Source: Hypanus sabinus
Taxonomy: Eukaryota
NCBI RefSeq assembly: GCF_030144855.1
Contig: NC_082712.1
Location: 136,710,001-136,774,000, forward strand
Direction: 5' to 3'
DNA length: 64,000 nucleotides
Part shown: piece after piece, positions 37,401-49,559 of the stretch
Numbering within the stretch: position 1 is the first letter of the stretch
How the letters are laid out: every line of letters begins with the position of its first letter
The notes under the pieces: generated by a model
Told to the model about the DNA's origin: nothing
What the model saw: only the letters and a program-made list of their open reading frames with translations
The model's database searches: none
Translations under genes and position numbers: made by a program

Positions 37401-38769
37401 TTATTCAGGACCTACAAACACAGACATTGCAACCATATAAGGAAAATTTGGAGTATTATTTATTCCTGAATCAGGTGGCCCATGATAATTAAAGGCATAA
37501 AATTGGAGCACGAGGGTGAAATTACTAGAGTTCTCAAAATGGTGCTTGTTTTTAAAGATGAAAATAAAACAATGTTTTCTTGATTCACAATTAAAGACTG
37601 TAAATATTGAGAACCAGTTGGTCTGATCTGCACCTGCAGCATAAATGATCCCATGTAAAAAAAATCTACAAAAGGATTGCAAGTTATTTATTGTGCATAC
37701 TTCTTAATGCATTATACGAAGAGATTTTCAATCTTCTGAATCAATAGCTAAGTAGTAAGTTGAACATTGCCAGCATATTTACCTTTAATGATCCCTGAAT
37801 TATAGTTTCTGTAAGGAAACAGATTCAGAATTGAAAATTCTATGAAGAAAAATGAGTATCATAGAAGAATGTGTTGACATTGCGTGAACTAATGGTGCTA
37901 AATTCAGATCCATGAAAATGTACTGTGTACAAATAAAGCACATTAATTGCATTGTTGTTAACAATAATAATTTGTAGAAATTAAATTTTATGTTTCACAT
38001 CTTTTGCATGGAATACTGTTGAAGGCTCATCCAGAAGATCTTTAATAGCTGAAACAAACAATTTACAACATTCTGGATAATGCTGCTAATAAAAATGTTT
38101 TAGAGATTTTAATGTGCATTTCAAACGAGTTCAGTGAAAGGGCTTGAAGAAAAATGGCCCTCTATATTGAAAATAGAATAGGTGACAGAAGTTTCTGGAA
38201 TATCCCATAGATATAATCTTGTCTTTCTTGCAGCTAATCACATCAACGGTATTGCTTAATTTAGCACAATTATTAACCCACATTTCAAACTTACAGGCAA
38301 GGTTTAATAATTTTAAAATATTTAATTTCTGGAAAAAGATATCCAGCTTCCAAATCATTAAACAGTCAATGTAGTGTTTCAAATTAAGTTACCTGTGAAA
38401 TTCTAGTTTTACCCCAATTGTTTGTTAGTTCTGAACATGTTATATATTATTTACTGTAACAATTCACTCTCATTGTTTTCTTCATTAAATGCAAGATTAG
38501 CAAATTATGATTTATGGTTCACAGCACACAGGATTTTCCTTAATCAGATTATGCTACTGTCTGTTGAGTGCCAACCCTAAACTCTTTATCAATTTACATT
38601 TCACAAAAATGTCACAACGCTTGAATTGTTTTGCAGACCAGTGTGCTGAGAACTCAAAATCTGACCTCTACAGTCAAAGTACTGTCATTGCAGAATAAAT
38701 ACCCACTAGTTTTGCAGTGTGAAACTTAAATACATTTTGATATTCAGCAAAGGAAGCTAAATTCTAGCT

Positions 38770-39400
38770 GTGTCATAGATTCTGGTTAATTGGGCCATCC
38801 ATTCATCAGGGAAATGGCTTATTTTGGGAAATCTGTTTAAAAACAACAAAAGCTAAATTGAAAAAATTGCCAGGATTTCATTTATTTGGGGCAAAAAACT
38901 TGCCAAGCAGGTTCTAACTAGTATCAGTCTCGTGCACTCGTGTGGCTGTTGAATGCTGCACTATGCTTAGAGCGAACAAATTTTAAGTAGAGTAAGTTGC
39001 TTGCGTTTGTGTACAAAAAGTAGTGATTTTTATCACTAATATATATGCAAGAAATAAACACAATTCAGAACTGTTTTGCTCAGTGCGGTTTCAACTTCAA
39101 GTTAGGAACTAATAGAATTTGAAGGCATTGACAATCATCTTGAATGTTACAATAAAAATGAAGATTTGGAGGATGCAATCATAGATAGCATTATATGAAA
39201 GGTGTCCATTTTCTGCTCTAGGTGGCTGCACTGATTTTGTTCATTGCATACTTTAGATGAACTCCTCTGTCAATGATGATTAGTTATTAACTAATACAGT
39301 TATGTAGAACTATTGGTAGTGTTTTAATGTGTTCTGTATTTCACTGAAATATATAAATTGTTACTCAGTTTGTCTCATATCTTTTTAAAATTTCAAAATA
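38770..39400. mobile_element. Truncated copy of the same Tigger-like element
   Basis: Collinear similarity to 48347-49050. Confidence 0.6.
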
Positions 39401-41655
39401 GTGCAATGGAATATTTTCAGCTGTGTTATTCTCCAATTCAAATTCTTTGCCTAGTATTATAATAAATCATCTATCCAAAATGCTAACTTCACAAAATCTG
39501 TAGATTTAAGTTGAAAAGAAGTAAGTGGAGGAATGTGATGGATGTGATTGTTTTGAGAGCCAGGATAGATTCAATGGGCCAAATGGCTTCCTCAAGATGG
39601 GAATAAAAAAAATAAGCATGGTCCTATTAATTGTTTTCTCATATAAATTCACATCTAAAGAGAATTGTTCAAGTTGATTCCCAGGTGGTTTAAACTTTAT
39701 TACTTCATTTTATTGTTCTTTTAAAGATACAATTAAAAATTAATTATGTAAATAAATATGGATTTGTATGTTAAATTCTTCACTGGTAACTCATCTTTTA
39801 TCCTAGAAAAGAAAGGAGATCATAAATTCATTGCCAGGAATAAACCAGTCTGGTGGAGCAAAATAAGTCAGATTTGTTCAGGGGAAAATAATAGATCTAA
39901 AAATTGCATAGTCTGGATAATGGGGATCCTTAATAGCAGATGTCCTCTTGAGGGAGAACCTCTTGTATAAGATACTACAAGTGGTAGGGACGTATTGATC
40001 AAAGTCCACTGATTCCTGCAACTTTTTATGTTCGTATGCATTCGAGTTGCTGTAGCAGAGCATGATGCAACCATCAAAATACCTTCAACAGGACATCTGC
40101 AGAAGTTTGTTATGAATGTTTGATGACAAGATGAACTTCCTTACCTCCTACAAAAGTAAAGTAACTGGCACGGTTTCTGTATGATTGCATTTATGTACTG
40201 GGCTTTGAATGAGTCGCCTGATATGTTAACGCCCAGAAGTTAATATTAAAGCAGCTGTCTACCACAGATCCCCCAATGTAGACTGGTGCATACTCAGCCT
40301 CCTTTCCCTTTGTTAACAGTCAGCTCTTTAGTTTTTCTGATGTTGAGGAAGGGGTTGTTTTGTCGCACCACCCTACTGGTGACCTAACTCACTCATGTAA
40401 ATTATATGGGGCAAATGTGGAACAAGTGAATAAGCATTTCATGCTGTCTAAATTTCTTACTTTTTGTATTGCCTCAACAAGTACATTATCACAGTTAATC
40501 TGTCTTTAGTTAGCCCTATCTATTTGACTAAATAAAGGGTCTTTTTTTCCATGATTCAAGCTGGGTTTTGATTTAACAATGCTTTATAAAAGATGTTAAA
40601 TTTCTTTGGTGGTAGATATTTAGCCATGTTCTTGAGATAAGAGATGGATGGTAATTTTTCTCCCAAACAATTAATTTCAGTTCATTAATCTATCAGTATA
40701 TAGTGAAAAGCTTGTCTTGCATACAGATCAAGTAATTTCACAGTGCATTTGAGGTTGAACATGGCAAAATAGTAACAATGCAGAATTATGACCATAAGAC
40801 AAAGGAACAGAATTAGGTCATTCGGTCTATTGAGTCTGCTCTGCTATTCCAACGTCTGATTTATTATCCTCTCAACCCTTTTCTCCATAACCTTTGACAC
40901 CATTACTAATCAAAATCATCTCTGCTTTAATTATGCCCAAAGTCTTGGCCTCCACAGCTGTCTGTGGTAATTAATTCCACACTTCCCAGGTATTGTTTTA
41001 AGCTCAAACAAGCACAAACCAGGTTGAGATCTTTCCTAGCTTGTTTTTTCTTCCTTCATTCCTTCACCATCCTCTGACTAAGGAAATTCCTCCTCATAGG
41101 GACAATCTTCTATTCTGAGGCTGTGCCCTCTGGTCCTAGACTCTCCTACTGTTGGAAACAGCTTGTCCAGCTGAGACAGTAACAATACCAGACTATTGTA
41201 TGGTTCAAGCAATAAAAGGTGCAGAGAAATTCCAAAGCAGACAAACAATAGTTAGTATGTGCAACACGAGTGAATCTGCAGATGCTGGAAATAAATAAAA
41301 ACACAAAGTGCTGGCAGAACTCAGCAGGCCAGACAGCATCTATGAGAGGAGGTAGTGACGACGTTTTGGGCCAACACCCTTCATCAGGAGTGAAGTATCA
41401 TGGGATGGTCGAGGGGGGATAAGAAGTGGGGGGAGGGATGGAGTAGAGAGCTGGGAAGTGATAGGCTGAAGGGAAATGGGCTGGGGGAAGGTGGAGAATT
41501 ATGGGAAATAGAAGAGAAAGACAGGTAGGGCTGGGGGGAGATTATAGTGAGGGGGGAAAAAGAGAGAGAAAGTGAACCAGACTAAAATTATAGATAGGGA
41601 TGGGGCAGGGGTACAAACGGAGGTCTGTGAGTTGAATGTTCATGCCGGCAAGTAG

Positions 41656-44600
41656 TGTAGCATTAATGTGGCTCGGACACTGCAGTATCAAACACACCCG
41701 TTTATTCACCAGACTTCCATTTTACAAAAACCCCGCGTTCTGACGTCATACGCACTCTGACCTACAAATACTCACATAATACATTACATCCCCCTTCTCA
41801 AGTTTTTTTTTACAATACTGTGAATTACCAAAACAATGCCTCTAGGTATGACTTTCTAACATTACAACAGCCGTGACATAAACTAATAAAAATCTTAACT
41901 TATACTGTATTCTACATTGTATCTTACAATACTAACAGCAGTATATTTTCTTTTACTAACATAGACTAATAAACCTTTTATTTCACACCTTGGAATTTGT
42001 AACGTGTGATTTTGTCTCAAACTGTGCGAGACTGTAGGTAGATCTAGTCTCTGTATCTAGCTGGACGTTTGACTTGTCTCCCAGACCTTGTGCGATAGAA
42101 CTGTGACTGTGCTTGTCTTTCAGAGGCAGTCTCTCGAGTAATCTCTGTGTCTGCATTTCCACCTCGGTCTGTCTGCGCCGAACTTTCACCGTCATTGCGT
42201 CGTGGGGTTCCGTCACGCCCCTCACTCTTGGTGTCGTTTGTTTCCATGTCTGTATCTGTGGAAATGTCCTGTGTATCTGTACGTGGAAACGCCCTCTCAC
42301 CTGTCTTCAGCAGATGCTTCCTGTTCCTCCTGTAGACTCTTTCATCCGGCGTGCGAACTATGAAGGATCTTGGTTGCTGATGCCTGTTCACAACCACAGC
42401 TGGCTGCCAAGAGTCTCCTCTCTGTATTCTGACATTTTCACCTATATGCAGATCTGGTAACTGTCTTGTATGTCTGTCATAGTAGCTCTTTTGCTTTATT
42501 TGCTTGTACTTTAGCTTGTCATGTACTTGAGCATTACTTTCAGGAGTCAGTAGAGTTGTGGATGTTGGCAGCTTGGACTTCAGACGACGTTCCATCAACA
42601 GCTATGCTGGAGAGAACCCCACACCTTCAATCGGTGTGTTGCGGTATTCAAGCAGAGCAATGTACGGGTCACCGTTGCTGCTGTGTGCCTTCTTGAACAT
42701 GTTCTTCACAGTTTGTACAGATCTCTCTGCTTGTCCATTAGACTGAACGTGCCCAGGACTGGAAGTAACATGTTGAAATTCCCAGCTTTCTGAAAACTCT
42801 TTAATCTCACCACTGGCATATTGTGGACCATTGTCACTGACGACAATATCTGGAATACCATGTCTTGCAAATGTCGACTTCATTGCGGTAATGACACCTT
42901 GACCGGACGTGTCACTTAACTTGGTGATTTCTGGATATTTTGAATAGTAGTCCACACAAAGCAGATATTCTGCACCATTGTAGCGAAAGAGATCTGTGCC
43001 AAGCTTCTCCCATGGTCTTCCTGGTAGTGGATGGGGAAGAAAAGGCTCTCTTGGATTGTTGTTGTTATTTTCATTACAAACAGCACACTGAGACACAATG
43101 TCCTCTATCTGAGTTGACATACCTGGCCAATAGAGAATGTCCCTTGCTCTTTCTTTACATTTCACTATCCCCAGGTGTGACTCATGAATTCTGTTGAGCA
43201 TTTCCTGTTTCATTTGATTTGGTACTATGAGTTTTGCTGCTTTGAACATTAGTCCTGATGCATAGCTAATTTCCTCTTTAAATGTCCAGTATTTCTGTAT
43301 TTCTTTTGGAACATCTTTTCTTTCTGTTGGCCATCCATTCATTGTAATGTCTCTTAGTATTTGCATTTCAGGATCTTCTGCAGTCGCTTTCCTGAACATG
43401 TTCAACTTCTCCTCAGAAATAGGTAGCTGAGGTGTAACCCAGTTGACCTCCAGCTCTCTTCCTAGCAACTCTTCCTTTTGCGCTTTGAGGTAAGCACAGC
43501 TCAAAGCATCAGCGATGTGCAGTTCTTTTCCTGGCTTATAGGTGACTGTGAGGTGTACCTCTGTAGCCTGAGAAGCATCCTTTGCAGCCTCATAGGAGCT
43601 TGATGAAGTGGCTTTTTGAAGATGCTCAAAAAGTGGTTTGTGATCACTCTCAACCTGGATTTCTTTGCCATATACATACTGGTGGAACTTCTCACACCCA
43701 TAAACTATGGCAAGTAATTCCTTCTCGATTTGAGCATATCGGCGTTGACAGTCTGTAAGTGCCCGTGATCCATACGCCACAGGCCTCCCTCCCATCCTGC
43801 AGTATAACAGCTCCTATTCCTTCCAAACTGGCATCCACAGACATTGTCACCGGTTTACTGACATCGTAGAACTTGAGTGCTGGTGCATTGGTAACCAACT
43901 GCTCAATGTGTCAAAACTTTTCTTTTGTTCATCTTCCCAATGCCATTCGGTATTGCTCTCTAGTAGTTTTCGAAGTGGAGCACTGAGCTCCTGTTCCACT
44001 TCAATTGTTCCAATGAACATGTCACTGTTGCACTCACTCTTCCACGGCATGTATTTTCCTTGCTTGCTCCTGCAATTTGCACATCTTTGCAAAGTGATTT
44101 TTCTTTCTGCATCATTTGCATGTCTTACCGAAGGCTGGACATTTTCTGTATCCATGTTTATAACCACATCTGTTGCAGTTATCTTCCTTTTGATTACCTT
44201 GTGGAGCTGGCTTTGTCCTACTCTTGTCAGTTTTCACAGCTTTTATTTTGTATACTTCAGTCTCTTCATTAAGCATTTTAACCTGACTCGACGTGATCTC
44301 GCTAGCACGGCACAGTATCAATCGCTTTTTCCAATGTAAGCTTCGCCTCTCTCAACAGCCTGCCTCTCACATGATCATCTCGTATGCCGCATACAATCCT
44401 GTCGCGTATTAAAGTATCATGCAGTTGTCCGAACTCAGTTTTTTGCCTTGTTCTTCAAATCTGTTACGTAGGCGTCTATAGTCTCTGTCGGTCCTTAAGC
44501 CCTCGTAAAAAATGTGTCGAATGTACGGTAGGTTTTTGCTCGGTTCGCAGTAATCAAATAGAGGCGTGGGTTCGAGTCCCACTTCTGACACCATGTAGCG

Positions 44601-44715
44601 TTAATGTGACTCGGACACCGCAGTATTAAACACACACGAGTATTCACCAGACTTCCATTTTACAAAAACACCGCGTTCTGACGTCATACGCACTCTGACC
44701 TACATATACATTACA
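41656..44715 (-). mobile_element. Internally deleted Ty3/Gypsy LTR retrotransposon (3060 bp)
   Basis: TG...CA LTRs at 41656-41788 and 44594-44715; 4-bp TSD GTAG (41652-41655 / 44716-44719); PBS next to the 5' LTR; PPT at 41789-41799. Partial gag (RIVCGIRD; CNRCGYKH..CPAFGKTC), RT tail, RNase H (DAS, YAQIEKE), integrase (HHCC, SDNG, NGQAER). Frameshifted; protease and most of RT missing. Confidence 0.95.
44538..44593 (+). other. tRNA-Leu 3' fragment with CCA; forms the element's primer-binding site on the minus strand
   Basis: gaggcgtgggttcgagtcccacttctgacacca (44561-44593) matches the T-arm, acceptor strand and CCA of vertebrate tRNA-Leu (CAG/CAA class). Weaker match extends to 44538. Confidence 0.8.
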
Positions 44716-44994
44716 GTAGGAGGCTACCTAGGTGGGCGATAAGGTGTTGCTCCATCAACCTGCGTGTGACCTCATCTTGACGGTCTCCTCTACCCCATCC
44801 CTATCTATAATTTTAGTCTGGTTCTCTTTCTCTTTTTCTCGCTCACTATAATCTCGCCCCAGCCCTACCTTTCTCTCTCTCATTTTCCATAACTCTCCAC
44901 CTTGCCCCCCCCCCAGCCCATTTCCCTTCAGCCTATCACTTCCCAGCTCTCTACTCCATCCATCCCCCCTCGACCATCCCATGTTACTTCTCTC

Positions 44995-45022
44995 CTGATG
45001 AAGGGTTTTGGCCCGAAACGTC
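44995..45022 (+). ncRNA. Minimal hammerhead ribozyme core in Penelope-type terminus
   Basis: CTGATGA-A-GGG ttttgg CCC-GAAAC-GTC. Core and stem II intact, palindromic ACGT stem III; stem I poorly paired in this copy. Confidence 0.6.
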
Positions 45023-46179
45023 GTCACTATCTCCTCCCATAGATGCTGTCTGGCCTGCTGAGTTCTGCCAGCATTTTGTGTTTTTAGTTAGTATGTGCAA
45101 GTTCATATGAGATAGATCGTGAAGTCAAGAGTGCATCTTATCATACAAGAGTCTGATAACAACAGGATAGAAACTGTCCTTGTTTTTAGACTGGTGTATC
45201 TTCTGCCTGCTGGGAAAGGGAAGAAGCAAGAATGGTTATGTGGAAAACAATTACTAATGTCAAGTTATTTGCATTTCTCTATTTGTGATTTATAACAGAG
45301 GCACAGGTAGGTCTTCAAGTTCACCAAGTCTACAGTTGAAATGGTCACATTAACATTTTTGCTCAATCCTATTTTCCCCTCAGTTCTCTTCATTCCCAGA
45401 AACCCTCTGATGAATCTTGAGTCTAAGAAATGGAAATCCCCAGCCTGCTGGAATAGTTAGAATCCAAACTCTAGGTGTTACAAATAGGGGGAATTTTCTT
45501 TAGCTAATAACTAAACACTTAATCCAATAACCAAATAAAAAATTGAAAATACTGCAGATAGAATAATAGAGAAACACAATTAACATGGACAAAAGGATTA
45601 TATTTGACAAAGAATCATTTAAAAATTAAAGGCTGTACAAACATTTTACAATTAATGTTCATCACATATTTAACATTTATGTGAACTGTTAATGTATCAA
45701 GTTTGGCTCTGGTTTAAAAGAACAGGTAACTTCAATTTGTTTCAGTTTAACATCAAATACTGAAAATCAAGCTGATACAAAATCTGATACAACTGTGATA
45801 CAAAATCAAGCTGATCTTGAGAACACATAAATTATATAATTACCATCCATACTGATCTGAATACTGATTTAGATTAACTACAAAGAGCTAGACCTCATAA
45901 AAATGCAATTACTGGTTTAGAATAATATTCACAATATGGATATAGCTCAGCAGGGAGATAAATTAATGTATTTACAATATTGGAAATAAAGTTCTGGTAT
46001 ACAAAAACAGCATTTTCTATCTCCAGCTTGAAAGAAACATTTTTAAACACAACGTTATTAAACAATATCAACATGAGAAAACAAACCTTTCCTTATTTGG
46101 TTGGGCTACATCCTCTAAAGTAATAGATTTTTAAAGTGTCCCCTGAAATGGTCACCAAGCCATTAACTTAAAGGGCAAT

Positions 46180-46810
46180 TAAGATTGGCTGTAATTCCCA
46201 CTGTTTACTTAGGATACTCTGCATTTAATTGCAGCAGAAGACCATTGCTGAACAGGTTCTAACTAGCATCAGTTGATTGAACTTGTGTAGACGTTAAGAC
46301 GCTCGACACCATGCTAAGAGCACACAGTTTTTAAAAAGTGACATTTGTGTTTGTATTCAAAAAGCAGCGTTTTTTGACACTAATAGTTGTTCAGAAATAA
46401 TCAAGACAACCATTCAGCACTGTTTTGCTCACCGCAGCAGTTCCAAGCATTCAGGCTTGGAGATGGCCGAAAGTGAAAATGAACTATTTCACTACTTAAG
46501 CAAGTTAAGATCTACAAAGAATTTGAAGATATTGGCAATAATCTTGAATGTTACAATGAAACTGTAGATTTGGAGAATGCAATCATCAATACCATTGTAT
46601 GAAGGTGTGTCTCTGCTAATTCTGTTGTGTACACTGGATGAATTCCTCCTTTGATAATTAAGAACTAATATGCACTTTTATAGTACTTCAGTATTATTGG
46701 TAGTGTTTTTATTCTGTATTTCATTTAAATACAAAATTTGTTTTTCAGTTTTATACTTTTATCTATTTTCATGAAACTTCAGCTAATTGGGGCAACCAAT
46801 TAGTTACTGT
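46180..46810. mobile_element. Truncated copy of the same Tigger-like element
   Basis: Collinear similarity to 48440-49100. Confidence 0.6.
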
Positions 46811-46834
46811 AACATAGTAACTGAAGAAAGTACC

Positions 46835-47270
46835 CTGGATTCAAATTGTGAAATAAAGTGGATTAGGATTTATGTTAAAGGCCTAAAACCAGTGTATGTT
46901 GGAGCATTCTATCGCCCTCCATCATCTGATGTTGTTTATTTAAAGGAACGGTATTTGTCTCTTTCAAAAATCCCTCAATCATCATCTATTTGGCTTCTTG
47001 GAGATCTTAATCTGCCTAGTGTGGATTGAGACAGCAGTATTGTCCGCCAAGGGGGCAGTTATGTAGCAATCAGTAAACTAATTCTTGATATTGTAGCTTA
47101 TTTTAATTTGACACAAATTGTTAGACATTCTACTAGAGAAAGTAACATACTAGACTTATGTTTTGTGTCAAATCCAGCTTTAGTTGTAAATCACCAAGTC
47201 ACTGCAGGGCTTAGCAATAATGATGTTGTTGTGACTGCAAAGTTTACTGTGAAATTAATTAAACATGCAA
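46835..47270 (+). mobile_element. LINE APE-endonuclease fragment of a family distinct from the resident CR1
   Basis: VGAFYRPPSS...LLGDLNLPSVD and TQIVRHSTRESNILDLCF...GLSNNDVV; interrupted by a stop. Confidence 0.7.
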
Positions 47271-47968
47271 AGATTCTCGAGGCCTTCTCCCTGTTTATAA
47301 GCTAGTCTAAAACCATGTTTCATCTGCACACATAACCTGCTCTCCTTGTAAATTACCCCTAAATGAGTCAACTTCATGATACCAAAGTAAATGATCTTTG
47401 CAGAAGCTTCTATATTGACTGTATTCACTAAAAATCAATGGTTACCACTGTACAACTGAAATGTTGCCAAACATCCATCTGGCATTCACCCACTTCAAGC
47501 TCTCTTGATACCTGGATTTGCACATCATTTTTTTTTCTCAATACCTTTTACATAATATTCACATAACTTCCTGACTCTCTTCTAGAAACTATGTGCTCAA
47601 GTACTGAAAGAGGACTGTCTCTGATGAGCATGTGAATTACCTGTAAAGAAAAACATTTTACTTAAGTTTCATTTGCCAAGTAACCATTATGTGCTGCCTC
47701 TCACTGACTTGAGCATCTGACTAGGTTTTGTACCACTGACGAATACAATTTCATAGATGGAGCAAGTTGGATCTTCAACAAGTTATGCAAACCAGTAAGT
47801 GGTTAAAAGAAAAAAGCACAGGAGCCTCAGGACTACATTTGCACCATCGCTTAACAGTTCCCACAACCTATGAACTCACTTTCAAGGGCTCATCATCTCA
47901 TGTTCTTGATATTGCCTCATCACTTATCTTAAGAATTCTGCACTGGGTAGTGAAATTACAAAAGATAC

Positions 47969-48276
47969 TTAAATCTGCAATCTGAATGTCTTCTCAACAA
48001 TATCTTTGGACAGTGCATGTCGAATTTCACAAACAAAATCTTTTGAGTCTCTTGTTATGACAATTGGCAGTTTTGTAATTGTAGAGTACAGCCCATTTTC
48101 ATGCATTTTCAGTGGTTCTACCACTTGCTGATCCTTCAATTTCTTCGATCCTTGTGTCCACACTACATCTATATCCACTGGGCAAAAATGTTCAATCCTG
48201 CAAGTAAGAGTGGCATTTCCACCCATTTTGGGCTGAACAGGAGTACAGCTGATTTCTGATATTTCAGGAGGCACAG
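47969..48276 (-). CDS. B7-H6-like gene: post-TM Ig-like domain 6, ending in TAA
   Basis: tttccatag acceptor. AVPPEISEISCTPVQP...LTCRIEHFCP...VVW...HENGLYS...FVCEIRH...FRLQI*. Confidence 0.87.
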
Positions 48277-48346
48277 CTATGGAAATAAGACACAAATATG
48301 GAATACGATTAACTGTTCAATAGCTTCAATAATAAGCAGCTAAATT

Positions 48347-49163
48347 CAGTGGATTCCTGTTAATTGGACCAACAGTTAATTGGGGCAGCCACTTATTTGG
48401 GACAAATTTTAAAGAATAAAAACTAAATTGGGAAAATAGCCAGGATTCCCTTCATTTACTTGGGACACTACGTTGCTTAACTGGGGCAGAAGACTTGCCG
48501 GATAGTGTCTAAATAGTGTCAGTTGCATGCACTTGAGTGGGTTTTAAACATTACACTGTGCTTAGAGTAAACAGGTATTAAGTAGCATCAGTTTCATGTT
48601 CTTGAGTTCAAAAAGCAGTGATTTTTGGCATTGATAGTCAACAAGAAATAAGCAGCAAAACACTCGGAACTGTTTGGCTCACTGTGGTTTCAAGTAATCA
48701 GGCTTTGAGATTCCAAAAATGGCTGGGAGTGAAAATGAAATGATTTCACTTATTCAGAAAGGTACAAGTTACAAAGGTATCCACAATCATCCTGAATGTT
48801 ACAATGAAAATGAAGGTGTGGTGGATACAAATATTGGTTACATTGTAGGAGGGCAAATCCATTATCTGCAGTAGGTGTCAGTGCTGATTTTGTTCATTTA
48901 CAGACAATCGAGAACATGGCAAATGAATTCCTCCAATAAATATTTGGAATTGATACACAGATTCATATTACTGTACAGGTGTTGGTAGTATTTTAATTTT
49001 TTCTGTATTTCATTTAAATACATACATTTTTACTCAGTTAAATGGTAGTTTGTCTTTTTATACTTTGTATCTATTTCCACAAAATCTCAACTAATTGAGG
49101 AAGCCATTTAATTGCGCCAAAATGTACTGGTCCCAATGTGTCTCAATTAACTGGAATCCATTG
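48347..49163. mobile_element. Tigger/pogo-like (Tc1/mariner) non-autonomous element
   Basis: ~25-bp imperfect TIRs (cagtggattcctgttaattgg ... caattaactggaatccattg), with TA after the right end. Confidence 0.7.
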
Positions 49164-49559
49164 TACTTAATTTACATTAAGAAACTGTACAAACAAAATA
49201 AATTAGCTGTATGCAATATCTACTGAAATGAACAATAAGTCATTCCGCAGCCTCTGGCATTCACAATATATCTGAATTTATTTCTTAATGTACTGTATAT
49301 ACAATGATACTCTTTCACTTTAAAGTTTGTATTTCTATAGTCTGTGACAATGGAATCTGTATGCAAGCTACAAAATCAGGCTAACTACTATCTACCAGGA
49401 GTTGAAAGCTTAATTTGAGAAGTATTAAAAATTTCCAATAAAAATCAATAAAGCAGGTTTTTTCATATTTTTCTTCTTTTAGATACTTATTCCAAAATGT
49501 ACAAATTAATCTGCATGGAGACTGTCTTATATCTGGAATCTGCTGCCAAAGGTGGTGGT

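Larger units (their letters stand above)
41265..45084. mobile_element. Penelope-derived foldback element (arms ~320 bp, ~41292-41615 vs ~44770-45084) interrupted by the Gypsy insertion
   Basis: Arms are reverse complements. TSD tagttagtatgtgcaa at 41249-41264 and 45085-45100. The sequence across the Gypsy junction matches the Penelope 3' region seen at ~10165 and ~20236. Confidence 0.85.

Noticed and set aside
35100-38760. Short ORFs in the KCNJ11-Ig gene intergenic region as further exons
   Set aside because: AT-rich, no domain motifs, no consistent splice signals; lengths are as expected by chance.
44538-44593. Functional tRNA-Leu gene
   Set aside because: 5' half absent, CCA is encoded, and it abuts an LTR, so it is a primer-site relic.
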